Shown here in pieces: positions 54,990 to 64,000 of a stretch of DNA of 64,000 nucleotides; position 1 is the stretch's first letter, and every line of letters starts with the position of its first letter. Source of the stretch: an uncultured Planctomycetaceae bacterium (GTDB lineage Bacteria; Planctomycetota; Planctomycetia; Planctomycetales; Planctomycetaceae); contig CAWFGE010000015.1 of assembly GCA_963815195.1 (NCBI GenBank), forward strand, positions 192,001-256,000, written 5' to 3'. Below the pieces are notes generated by a model. That model did not search any database. It saw nothing but the letters and a program-made list of their open reading frames with translations, and was not told where the DNA came from. The translations under genes were made by a program, and so were the position numbers.

Positions 54990-55838
54990 TCAATCTTTTC
55001 CTTCGTAGATCATCGCCGGCGTTTGATAACCCAGCGACTGATGAATCCGTTCCTCACAATAGAACTCAAAGTAACTCTGCAGGCTTCTCTCGGCCTCCCA
55101 ACCATCCGTGTAATCCTTCAAGTAAACCTCTTCGTATTTCACGCTCCGCCACAGCCGCTCGATGAATACGTTGTCCAAGCACCGTCCTTTTCCATCCATA
55201 CTGATCGCGACATTCAATCGTTCCAATCGCTCGGTGAACTTGATCGCCGTGAATTGGCTGCCCTGGTCGCTGTTGAAGACCTCCGGCCGCGAGATCGACA
55301 AGGCTTCGTCCAACGCCTCCAAGCAAAAACTCCCCTCCAACGTGTTCGACAATCGCCAACTCAACACGTAGCGACTGAACCAGTCCATCACTGCCACGAG
55401 ATACAAAAACCCGTGGCGAAGCGGGATGTAAGTGATGTCGCTCGACCACACCTGGTTGGGCCGGAGAACCTCCACATTCCGCAGTAAATAAGGGTAAATC
55501 TTGTGTCCGCGCCCCGGTTTGGTCGTGCGGCGTTTCGGTCCAACCGCTTCGATTCCCATCTGCCGCATCAGCCGCTGCACTCGCTTGCGATTCACGCCGA
55601 ACAACTCGGCCATCTTGCGAGAACCATAAAACGGATGCCGCGTGTATTCCTCGTCGATTCGCCGCATCAGTTCCAAATTTTCCGCGGTCTCGCCGCCAGG
55701 TTCGTAGTACCAACTGCTCCGCGCCAATCCCAACAGATCGCACTGACGCGACACGCTCAACGTGGAATGCTTCGGTTCGATCCATGCCCGCAAAACCTCG
55801 TGGCTTAATCCAGCGTCAGCGACTTTTTTTTGAGCCAC
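54990..55838 (-). CDS. IS3 OrfB DDE transposase
   Basis: YGSRKM, WSSDITY, FNSDQGSQF, DNVFIERLWRSVKYE. Confidence 0.95.
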   Translation of the reverse strand: MAQKKVADAGLSHEVLRAWIEPKHSTLSVSRQCDLLGLARSSWYYEPGGETAENLELMRRIDEEYTRHPFYGSRKMAELFGVNRKRVQRLMRQMGIEAVGPKRRTTKPGRGHKIYPYLLRNVEVLRPNQVWSSDITYIPLRHGFLYLVAVMDWFSRYVLSWRLSNTLEGSFCLEALDEALSISRPEVFNSDQGSQFTAIKFTERLERLNVAISMDGKGRCLDNVFIERLWRSVKYEEVYLKDYTDGWEAERSLQSYFEFYCEERIHQSLGYQTPAMIYEGKD

Positions 55839-56095
55839 TCGACTTCCATTTTCAGCCGGCCGATTTGTTCATAGAGTTCTTGCTCATTGGCCGATTGATC
55901 GTCGGATCGCTTACGTCGGCCATCCGTGAACAACTCAGTGGCTCCCGACAACAACTGCTTTTTCCAAGCCGTGACTTGGCTCGTGTGGACGCCAAATTCC
56001 GACGCCAACTGAGCCGTCGTCCTATCCCCTTTGACCGCCGCCAACGCCACCTTGGCTTTGAACGCGGACCCCAAAACTCGACGCTTCCTGGTCAT
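55805..56095 (-). CDS. IS3 OrfA (HTH), with A8G -1 frameshift signal into orfB
   Basis: FKAKVAL...QLASEFGVH...WKK; CTC AAA AAA AAG at 55823-55834 (minus strand). Confidence 0.92.
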   Translation of the reverse strand: MTRKRRVLGSAFKAKVALAAVKGDRTTAQLASEFGVHTSQVTAWKKQLLSGATELFTDGRRKRSDDQSANEQELYEQIGRLKMEVEWLKKKSLTLD

Positions 56096-56433
56096 AATCG
56101 GAACCTCCCAATGCGACAAATGAACATCGCAAATTCTACCTTATTGGGCTGTCCAGTTTTCGGGGTCCACCACAAAGTCCCGGATCAAAATTGCCCGACA
56201 ACGTTGCCTTCGGCTTTACTTGAAGGGAATGTGTGCCTTTAGACGCTCGATCTTTAGAAATCACCTCTACCTTAGCGATTTCAGCCAAAATGACGCTGTA
56301 CTTCGTCCAAAAGCCCACCTCATTGCCCCTCCGAATGGCTATGCCTGCGATGGCATTCGCTTGAAGGACTAAAAAGGTCAATAGAGTTACGGTGGTAATC
56401 TTTCTCGAATCGTTACGCATGCGCCACCTCAGT

Positions 56434-56535
56434 CTAAATCTGGCTGAAACCCATTTTATCGAAGACAGTTTGGTTTGCGACCAAAAGCGTTGTATCCGGC
56501 CGAGAGCCGTCTGTTATGGGCGTCCATGCGCCGAG
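56434..56535 (-). pseudogene. Possible C-terminal tail of a truncated gene upstream of the 162-aa gene
   Basis: Open frame LGAWTPITDGSRPDTTLLVANQTVFDKMGFSQI* from the REP edge to 13 nt before the next ATG. Confidence 0.4.
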
Positions 56536-56577
56536 CGCCGGGTGCCACTGGCAGCTTGCTGCCAGTGTTTTCCTCAG
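56536..56577. repeat. Half of a family C REP doublet, cut by the REPIN
   Basis: 42-bp identity to 54295-54336. Confidence 0.8.
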
Positions 56578-56720
56578 CCGAGTAGGGCCGGCTGTGCCGG
56601 CCTTTTGTTTTTGACACAACGATTTTTCTCGCACCAAATGGCCGGCATACCCAGCCGCCAATTGGGCATAAGTATGATTCCCTTCGTCGAAAAGGCCGGC
56701 ACAGCCGGCCCTACGTCACT
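56576..56720. repeat. GTAG-type REPIN, copy 1 (145 bp)
   Basis: gtagggccggctgtgccggcctttt ... aaaaggccggcacagccggccctac; one mismatch vs 58532-58676. Confidence 0.88.
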
Positions 56721-57516
56721 CCGCGTAATACAAGGGCGTGTGTTTTTTGTAGGCGAGGGCGTTTGGATTGGCTCCCCCCGCCAATAAGAGTTTGCTGCAC
56801 TCAGCGCATCCACTTTTCGCCGCGAAGTGTAACGGAGTTTGCCCGTCATCGTGCTTGGCATTGGGATCGGCTCCCGCTTTCAATAGGGCTTCCGTGACCT
56901 TGGGGCGGCCTCCGATGCAGGCCCACATCAGGGCCGTATAAGCATCGGAAGGCATATCAACTCGCGCCCCCGCTTTTAACAATTCTTCGACGGTCGCCTT
57001 GTGCCCGCGTTCCGCAGCGATCGACAAAGGTATGGGGGTGTTGAGGCTCCACTCATTGACATCGGCTCCCGCTTTGGCCAAGGCGCGAACTGCGGCGGTG
57101 CGACCATATCGCGAGGCCAGGATCAACGGGGTTTCGCTCCATAGCCCCATGTGTCCCTTCCGTAATTCGCCCGCTCGCTCTATCTTGTTGTGTGAGTTTG
57201 CGAATCTCTCAATTGATTTGGCGTCACCCCGAATGGCCCAAATTTGCAGATCGGTAAACCGCCAACCTTGTTGCTCCGCCACGAAATCCACAACATCCGC
57301 GTTGGGACTTTCCAGGACGCGAGAATACAAGTTCTTGACTTTGCCTAAATCCAGCCCGGCGGCGAGTCTTTCCACTTCGGCTAAATCGCCCTTGGCAATG
57401 GCATGTAACAATTTGTTCTCAGCATCGGGCTTCTGATCCGCCGCGCGCGATTGCGTGCAGAGAGTCAAACACAAAATGCCCACGCTCCCAAGTCGAGAAA
57501 GATGGTAGAAAATCAT
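56716..57516 (-). CDS. Secreted ankyrin-repeat protein, paralog 3; C-terminus truncated by the REPIN
   Basis: TPLILASRYG, AAERGH, TALMWAC, TPLHFAA; ends TPLYYAE* whereas paralogs continue ~21 aa. Confidence 0.9.
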   Translation of the reverse strand: MIFYHLSRLGSVGILCLTLCTQSRAADQKPDAENKLLHAIAKGDLAEVERLAAGLDLGKVKNLYSRVLESPNADVVDFVAEQQGWRFTDLQIWAIRGDAKSIERFANSHNKIERAGELRKGHMGLWSETPLILASRYGRTAAVRALAKAGADVNEWSLNTPIPLSIAAERGHKATVEELLKAGARVDMPSDAYTALMWACIGGRPKVTEALLKAGADPNAKHDDGQTPLHFAAKSGCAECSKLLLAGGANPNALAYKKHTPLYYAE

Positions 57517-57600
57517 TGTTGTCGCCAAAGTTGTTAATGGTAAACGCCGATCCCGATAGACGTTCCCGGAATCCCGATCACAAATATTACAGTTTTGAGC

Positions 57601-58452
57601 CTATTTCTTCGGGGATTTTGCCATCGCTTGCCGGAGAACTTTTGCGGCCTCTTTATGTTCGTATATTTCAGCGTAATTCAAAGGCGTGTCCTTTTTGTAG
57701 GCGAGGGCGTTGGGGTCGGCCCCCCTCGCCAACAAGAGTTTGATGCTCTCCACGTCTCCATTTTTCGCCGCGAAGTGTAACGGAGTTTGCCCGTCATCGT
57801 GCTTGGCATTGGGATCGGCACCCACTTTCAACAGTGCTTCCGTGACCTTGGGGCGGCCTCCGATGCAGGCTCGCATCAGGGCGGTATAGGCATCGGGGTT
57901 CGCGTCAACTTTCGCCCCCGCTTTCAGCAAATCTTTCACCACTTCCAAATGCCCGCCTTCCGCAGCGCGTGCCAACGGTGTGAGGCTATAGAAGGTCTGT
58001 TCATTGACATTGGCTCCCGCTTCAATCAACGCGCGCGCTGCGGCGGTGCGACCATATCGCGAGGCCAACATTAAGGGGGTGTAGCTCGATAGGCCCCAGT
58101 TTCCCTTTTGTAATTCGCCCGCTCGCTCTATCTTGTTATGTGAACTTGCGAATCTCTTGATTGACTTGGCGTCGCCCCGAATGGCCCAGACTTGCAGATC
58201 GGAAATCTCTAAACCTTCTTGATCCCGCAGGAAGTCCACGACATCAGCATTGGGACTTTCCAGGACGCGAAAATACAAGTTCGTGACTTTGGATAAATCC
58301 AGCCCGGCGGCGACTCTCTCCACATCGGGTAAATCGCCCTTGGCAATGGCATGCAGCAGTTGTTTCTCAGCGTCGCGATCCGCCGCAAGGTTTTGCGTGC
58401 AAAGAAGGGTCAAACACAAAATGCCCAACCAAAGAATTGAAAAGCCTTTCAT
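57601..58452 (-). CDS. Secreted ankyrin-repeat protein, paralog 2 (intact, 283 aa)
   Basis: Signal peptide MKGFSILWLGILCLTLLCTQNLAA; TPLMLA, TPLARAA, TALMRAC, TPLHFAA, TPLNYA. Confidence 0.93.
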   Translation of the reverse strand: MKGFSILWLGILCLTLLCTQNLAADRDAEKQLLHAIAKGDLPDVERVAAGLDLSKVTNLYFRVLESPNADVVDFLRDQEGLEISDLQVWAIRGDAKSIKRFASSHNKIERAGELQKGNWGLSSYTPLMLASRYGRTAAARALIEAGANVNEQTFYSLTPLARAAEGGHLEVVKDLLKAGAKVDANPDAYTALMRACIGGRPKVTEALLKVGADPNAKHDDGQTPLHFAAKNGDVESIKLLLARGADPNALAYKKDTPLNYAEIYEHKEAAKVLRQAMAKSPKK

Positions 58453-58476
58453 TTGCTCGCCCTCGAAATAAAGCAC

Positions 58477-58535
58477 GGCGGGTGGGAAGCCCCACCCACC
58501 TTCTCAAGAAGAAACACGATTATTTATCAATAGCC
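58477..58535 (-). other. Duplicated intergenic hairpin plus last codons (AIDK*) of the metzincin-like gene
   Basis: Matches 61034-61092: ggcgggtgggaagccccacccaccttctcaagaagaaacacgattatttatcaatagcc. Confidence 0.85.
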
Positions 58536-58676
58536 GAGTAGGGCCGGCTGTGCCGGCCTTTTGTTTTTGACACAACGATTTTTCTCGCACCAAATGGCCG
58601 GCATACCCAGCCGCCAATTGGGCATAATTATGATTCCCTTCGTCGAAAAGGCCGGCACAGCCGGCCCTACGTCACT
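58532..58676. repeat. GTAG-type REPIN, copy 2 (145 bp)
   Basis: Near-identical to 56576-56720. Confidence 0.88.
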
Positions 58677-58980
58677 TTGAGCCTATTTCTTCGAGGATTT
58701 TGCCATCGCTTGCCGGAGAACTTTTGCGGCCTCTTTGTGCTTTAATTCTTCCGCGTAATACAAAGGCGTGCGCGTTTTAGAGGCGAGGGCGTTTGGATCG
58801 GCTCCCGCCGCCAGCAACAATTTGATGCTCTCCACGTCGCCACGTTGCGCGGCGAAATGCAGGGCGGTTTTCCCGTCACGTTCGCGGTTGGGATCGGCCC
58901 CCGCTTTAAGTAGGACTTCCGTGACCTTGGGGTGTCCTCCGAAACACGCCATCATCAGGCCGGTATAGGCATCGGGAGCC

Positions 58981-60445
58981 ACCCCTTTCAACATGTCACT
59001 TACCCCTGGATTTGGCCAGAGTTCGCGCGGTGGAGATATGGTGATTCCGTTTGCCGCTCTTTTTTCGAGGCTGTGGTTTTTTCGGCCCGCGTTTCTTTTT
59101 GGGGTAACGCGTCAAGTCGATGCGTGTAGCAAGTCGCACCAACTCGCTCGCAAGTTTTCCAGCAGACATGATTTGATAGTGTTGCCAGGCTTCGGCGTCC
59201 ACGGCAATGTTCATGCCCACCGTCGTGGCAGTCACGTCCTGCGTCAGGTGGTAGTCCGACAGTTCTTCATCGATCGTTTCTTCACCGTGAACCGATCGCA
59301 GCGCCGCTTTCACCACGGCATAGGTGTTATAAGCCAAAACCGCCGTGGCGAAGGCGAACAGCGCCGCCTTGGGGTAGCCCAGCGTCTCCACTTCGCAGCG
59401 CAACACCTCGGTCAGAGTTTGGAAGGCTTCTTCAATCGTCCAGCGCTTGCGATACAGAAAAGCCACTTTTCCGCATTGGCGACTTTGACAGGCAAGTTGG
59501 TCAGGATGTGAATCTCAGTGTCACCATTCTCTGTGGGCGTATCCAATTGGATGGTGATCCGCCGGACTCGCAACGTCTCTTCACCCTGGGACAGCTCGGC
59601 CGACTGCTCGAAAACAAGACCCGTTTCGATGCGTCCGATGCGTTTCCGGCGACCGACGAGTTTCCAGGTGAGTGTCGAAGCGTGTTGGCGAATGACAAAG
59701 TAGGCCGACTGCTTGACAATTCCAAACAGAAACTTGGTCGTGCAGAAGTTCCGGTCGGCGATTGTCACTGTCTCGGCCCGGATCCATTCCAGAAGCTCCG
59801 GCAGAAGCGAACGTTCCTGGGCATGGCCGTCTTCACACGGAAGCAGTTCCGAAATCAGATCCCGCTGCGCGTCCAGAAGCGCCAAGGTCTGGCCCGGCAA
59901 AGGGCCTTCCCGCGTGACGCGCAATTCCGCCAGCCGATGCTCAGTCGCCGCCAAATGATTCCCGTCCAAATACTGCACGTGATAGCCCGGCAAAAGTTCG
60001 CGGCACGCTCCCGGCATGGAATCGATGACTTGAGCCGCGTCCTGGCTCGTTTCCCGGATCATCGTCGCCGAAAGGCCGGGTTCCAGACGGTTCAACTTGC
60101 CATAAAGTGCGGCCGGCGAAACCGCCAGTTGCTCCTTGGCCGCCAAGTACCCGGCATGGACCGACTTGTGCGTCCGCGTCGCCACGCCCATCATCAGGGC
60201 CACCACTTGCGAAAACAGCAATTCTTTCTCGTATTGTCTCTGCGAAGCGTCGGCGAAAATCTCATCCAGGCGATCCGGCGACACAAGATTCTCGAGCGTC
60301 GCTCGAACCATCACTGCTGCTGGACATTGTTCCACAAAACGATCAAGCACAGCGTCGGGCCACATCCTTGCCGCCTCCATAAGGTTTGATACAACAATCC
60401 CTGTAGAAGCGACTTATAGCAAAAATCTAACATGTTGAAAGGGGT
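58981..60445 (-). mobile_element. IS4-family-like insertion sequence
   Basis: IR acccctttcaacatgt / acatgttgaaaggggt; flanking direct repeat ggcatcgggagcc (58968-58980, 60446-60458); ends ambiguous by up to 3 bp. Confidence 0.9.
58996..60380 (-). CDS. IS4-family DDE transposase; frameshift ~59468 in an A-run
   Basis: LDGNHL, IADRNF, ILTNLP, LYRKRWTIEEAF (Y-2-R-3-E motif). Confidence 0.88.
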
Positions 60446-61076
60446 GGCATCGGGAGCCAAATCAACTTGTGCCCCCAGTTTCAACAATTCTTCAACGGTC
60501 GCCTTGTGCCCGCGCTCCGCAGCGTTCGCCAACGGTGTGAGGCCCCGGAAATTCCATTCATTGACATCGGCTCGCGCTTCAATCAATGCGCGCACTGCGG
60601 CGGTGCGACCATTTCGCGAGGCCAACATCAAGGGGGTATAGCTGGTAAACATAATCTTCCCCCTTCGTAATTCTCTCTCTAACTCTACCTTGTTGTGGGA
60701 ATCCGCGAATCTCTTGATTGATTTAGCGTCGCCCCGAATGGCCCAGACTTGCAAATCGGAAATGCTCCACGACTGTTGCTCACGCAGGAAATCCACGACA
60801 TCCGCGTTGGGACTTTCCAGCACGGTATAATACAAATTCCTGATTTTAGCTAAATCTAGCCCAGCGGAGAGTCGTTCCACTTCGGCTAAATCGCCCTTTC
60901 TAATAGCAACTAACAATTGTCCCTCGGCATCGCGATCCGCCGCAAGATTTTGCGTGCAAAGAAGGGTCAAACACAAAATCCCCAACCAAGGCACTGAAAA
61001 GCCTTTCATTTGCTCGCCCTCGAAATAAAGGACGGCGGGTGGGAAGCCCCACCCACCTTCTCAAGAAGAAACACGA

Positions 61077-61301
61077 TTATTTATCAATAGCCTTGATTTT
61101 GGTGTCCCAATCGGCGGGTGGGAACTTCGGTTCAGCACGCTGATCTCCGGGTAGGGTAGGGTCATCTTGAGCCCCGTCAACCGTGTTATCTTGGTGGCCT
61201 CCGTCAGCCATCACATCATCCCCAAGGTTATGTTTCAACCCAAAGTGATGCCCAATTTCATGCAAAACAGTACGTTCTCGCCGCCCGAGAATCGATGTCA
61301 T
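61077..61301 (-). pseudogene. C-terminal fragment of a metzincin-type zinc metalloprotease
   Basis: HEIGHHFGLKH (HExxHxxGxxH) followed by NLGDDVM (Met-turn spacing); only 74 aa, starting 5 nt after the VOC stop. Confidence 0.75.
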
Positions 61302-61306
61302 CCCGG

Positions 61307-61699
61307 TTATACTTCAGGAATCATCGGCGTGCCGCGTTTGACGAGTTGGATGGCGAGGCCCCAGGGGTCGCGGAGCATCGCCAGGGTGTCGCCCGTGGGC
61401 AGCGTCTGGGGGGCGGCTTCCAACGTCGCTCCCGCTTTGACGAGGCGGTCCGCATCGGCTTGGACATTTTCCGAAACAGCGCAGGTGCAGGGCGGGGTGT
61501 CGAGGTTCCGGTAGTCGGGAACGGGGGCTTCGCGGTTGCCGTAGATTTCGAGCATCACGGTCCCGCTGTCGTCGGCGAGGAAGTGGGCGTAAGGCGGTTC
61601 GACCGTCCGCCGGCGGACCTGAAAGCCCAAATGCTCCACGTACCACCGCCCCATCGCCAACGGGTCTTCCACGTTGAAGGCGAGATGCTCGATTTTCAT
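61307..61699 (-). CDS. VOC/glyoxalase family protein
   Basis: KIEHLAFNV, LEIY, LRDPWGLAIQL; local frame scrambling near 61490 likely. Confidence 0.88.
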   Translation of the reverse strand: MKIEHLAFNVEDPLAMGRWYVEHLGFQVRRRTVEPPYAHFLADDSGTVMLEIYGNREAPVPDYRNLDTPPCTCAVSENVQADADRLVKAGATLEAAPQTLPTGDTLAMLRDPWGLAIQLVKRGTPMIPEV

Positions 61700-61783
61700 G
61701 CGAGAAATCCTTGAAGTGGTTTCTATTCAAGCCGGCGGGCTTGGCGCCGGTCCGCCGGCAAGCCGGCGGCTTGGGTTCCCAAA

Positions 61784-62349
61784 TCAGTTCCATTCGGGGT
61801 TGCTGGGCGTGCCGGGCAGGATACGGTTGGCTTCGTTGACGTGCGAGACCTCGAGGTCCCAAAGCTCGTAGGGATCGACATGGAACAGCGAGCAGGCGTC
61901 GGCGGGATGCAAATACCAATCGCCCCGGCGAGCTCGCCCTCCAGCTGCCCGGGAGCCCAACCCGCGCAGCCGCAGAACACGCGGTAGTTGAGGCCCACTT
62001 CCCCGCCCGCCGCGGCCTGGACGATGTTTTCGAAGATCTCGGCACTGCTGGCGACGTAAAGCCCCGGGACGACGGGCTTTTCGTTTTCATCGAGTTGCGG
62101 GGCATTGTGCAGGATGAACAGCGCCCCCGGCTCCACCGGCCCGCCCAGGTAGACCACGTTGTCGTCATCCGGCAGATCGAAATGCTCGGCGAGCGCATGG
62201 GCGACCTTGACGGACGACGGCCGGTTGACGACGACGCCCATCGCCCCGTCGTCTCCATGCTCCACGATCAACACCACCGTTTTGTAGAAGTTGGTGTTTT
62301 TGAGATGTTTGTTGGCGATCAGAAATTGCCCGCGAAGTGAGTTGTTCAT
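61784..62349 (-). CDS. YqgE/AlgH (DUF179) family protein; frameshift ~61925
   Basis: GQFLIA, F.KTVVLIVEH...GAMGVVVNRP, YLGGPV, GCAGWAPGQLEGE; ends ...PSNPEWN*. Confidence 0.88.
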
Positions 62350-62573
62350 GCCCAAATTATAAGAGGCCGAGGCAATGAAATGTAGCGATTTTCGCCGATT
62401 TGTTGACGAAACCGGCCATTCCCGGCAGCGGAGCCAAACCGGCCGCCGCTGTTGCCGAGGCGTCTCGAGCGTGTGTTCCACCCGTTCTCGATGTACGATG
62501 GACCTCAGAGTTCGCCAAGCCGTGTTCAGCCCCCAATACCTGACGTGGGCCCCCAAAAGTTTGGAGACATCGC

Positions 62574-64000
62574 ATGAGGTTCCAACTCCCCGCATTGTGC
62601 CTGTTCTTGGGTCTAAGCCTGACGGCTCACGCCGCTGACGAGAAACGCGTGCTGATCGTGGTGGGACCGAGCAGTCATCCGCCCGGCTCGCACGAAGTGG
62701 CCGCCGGAGGACGCTTGCTCGCCCATGGCCTGGAGCACATGTCCAACGTGCCCGGCGTCGAAGCGGACGTTATTTACGAGTGGCCCTCAGCCTCGCTCCG
62801 GGAAAAGGCATCGTCCGTGGTATTCATCGGCGACACCTTTCCGCCGAACCGCTTCGAGGATCCCAAACGAAATCTGGCCGACCTCGATGCGATGATGCGC
62901 CGCGGCTGCGGCATTGTCTGCGTGCATTATGCCACGGGACTTCTCGGCCAAGACGTGGGGGCGGACGGCGACCATCCTTTATTGGGCTGGATGGGCGGGT
63001 ATTTCGCCAATCGCTCCTGCCCGCACCACGAGTCGATCGCCCGGATTTACCCGGCCGCCGCCATCACGCCCGCCGCTCCGAAGCATCCCATTTCCCGCGG
63101 CTGGAAAGAGTTCACGCTGCACGATGAGCCTTATATCAACAACTACTTCGGCCAAGACGGGAACAGGCGCGCGGCGAATGTCACCGCCCTCGCGACTTCG
63201 ATGTTGCCGCCCGAATCGCCGAAGCGGGAAACGGTCGCGTGGTGCGTCGAGCGGAAAGACAGCGGGCGCGGGTTCGGGATCGTGATGCCCCATTTTTACA
63301 AGAACTGGGGCAACGACGACCTGCGGCGATTTATTTTGAATGGCATCGTCTGGTCGGCGAAACTCGATGTGCCCGCAGGCGGCGTTCAGACAACGTTGCC
63401 TGGCCTTGCGACGTTCCAACCGGAGTCGGTCGAGTACCAGCCGCGAAAGCGAACCGCGCCGGCAAAAACAGATCGTCCGCCCAACATCGTTTTTCTGTTT
63501 GCCGACGACCTGGGCTTCGGCGACCTGGGCTGCTATGGGCATCCTTATGCAAGGACGCCTCATCTCGACCGCCTGTGCGCGAGGGCACGCGGTTTGAGCA
63601 GTTCTATGTGACCGGAGTCACCTGCTGCCCGAGCCGCACGGGTTTTATGACGGGCAAGTTCCCCGCGACGTTTGCGAAGTATCCCGCCGATTTCGGTTTT
63701 GGCGACCGCGCGACGGTGACGCAGCTTTTGAAAGAGCGAGGCTACGCCACGGGGCATTTCGGCAAATGGCACATCGGCCCGAAGAGGGAAGGCGGCACCT
63801 ACGGGCTTGATGCGATCGAGGAACTGAAGGCTCCGCGCCAGCGCCGCGACGCGGACGGCCGCGATGCGAAGATCTATGATGCGGCGATCGAGTTCATTGC
63901 CAAGAACAAGGACCGCCCGTTCTATGTCAACGTCTGGGGGCACATCACGCACTTTCCGGTCAATCCGCCCAAGCAGTTTGCGGAACGATTCAAGAACGTG
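62574..64000 (+). CDS. Secreted ThuA-like domain plus sulfatase fusion (3'-truncated by the window); frameshift ~63580
   Basis: [14 protein letters not shown]...DEPY; then [40 protein letters not shown]. Confidence 0.85.

Larger units (their letters stand above)
54801..56174 (-). mobile_element. IS3-family insertion sequence, complete
   Basis: Ends TGAGGTGGACCCC...TGGACAG / TGTGGTGGACCCC...TGGACAG; 3-bp TSD AAG (54798-54800, 56175-56177); orfA and orfB. Confidence 0.95.
54555..56420 (-). pseudogene. 162-aa secreted hypothetical protein interrupted by IS3
   Basis: Removing 54801-56174 and one AAG joins MRNDSRKITTVTLLTFLVLQANAIAG...NFDPGL in frame to HPELELGVWV...RKKKQ*; GAGGTG RBS. Confidence 0.85.
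58683..61009 (-). pseudogene. Secreted ankyrin-repeat protein, paralog 1 (282 aa reconstructed), interrupted by an IS4-type element
   Basis: ...GAQVDLAPDA (60446) joins YTGLMMACFGGHPKV (58967) in frame, collinear with paralog 2. Confidence 0.9.

Noticed and set aside
56576..58676. Repeats as a CRISPR array, integron attC sites or DGR template/variable repeats
   Set aside because: No regular repeat-spacer period, no cas, integrase or reverse transcriptase gene, no evident attC core sites, and paralog differences are not obviously adenine-restricted.

Overview
GC-rich bacterial DNA, most likely Planctomycetota (DUF1549/DUF1553, DUF1501 and PPC-domain cluster; Zn-ribbon Ser/Thr kinase; HEAT-repeat protein). 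About 1-53 kb and 61.3-64 kb look like ordinary chromosome: group 3b-type NiFe hydrogenase large subunit and protease, MFS, hisS, glgX, an ExbB/ExbD/ExbD/beta-propeller/substrate-binding-protein operon, lipBA, pepT, a LarA-domain protein, apgM, mutL and others. More than ten genes, including essential hisS, carry single-base frameshifts, which I read as long-read consensus errors rather than pseudogenes. Intergenic regions hold several families of REP-like palindromes. The most unusual part is a visibly more AT-rich ~7.7 kb island (~53.6-61.3 kb, all passenger genes on the minus strand). It holds three paralogous signal-peptide ankyrin-repeat genes, three remnants of the C-terminus of a metzincin-type (HExxHxxGxxH plus Met-turn) protease gene, and a secreted-protein gene preceded by another gene tail. 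Module junctions fall on REP/REPIN elements, and an IS3 and an IS4-type element with intact target duplications have inserted later. The working hypothesis, which is inference only, is a REP-delimited array of orphan immunity/inhibitor genes. No rRNA, tRNA or CRISPR array was recognised.
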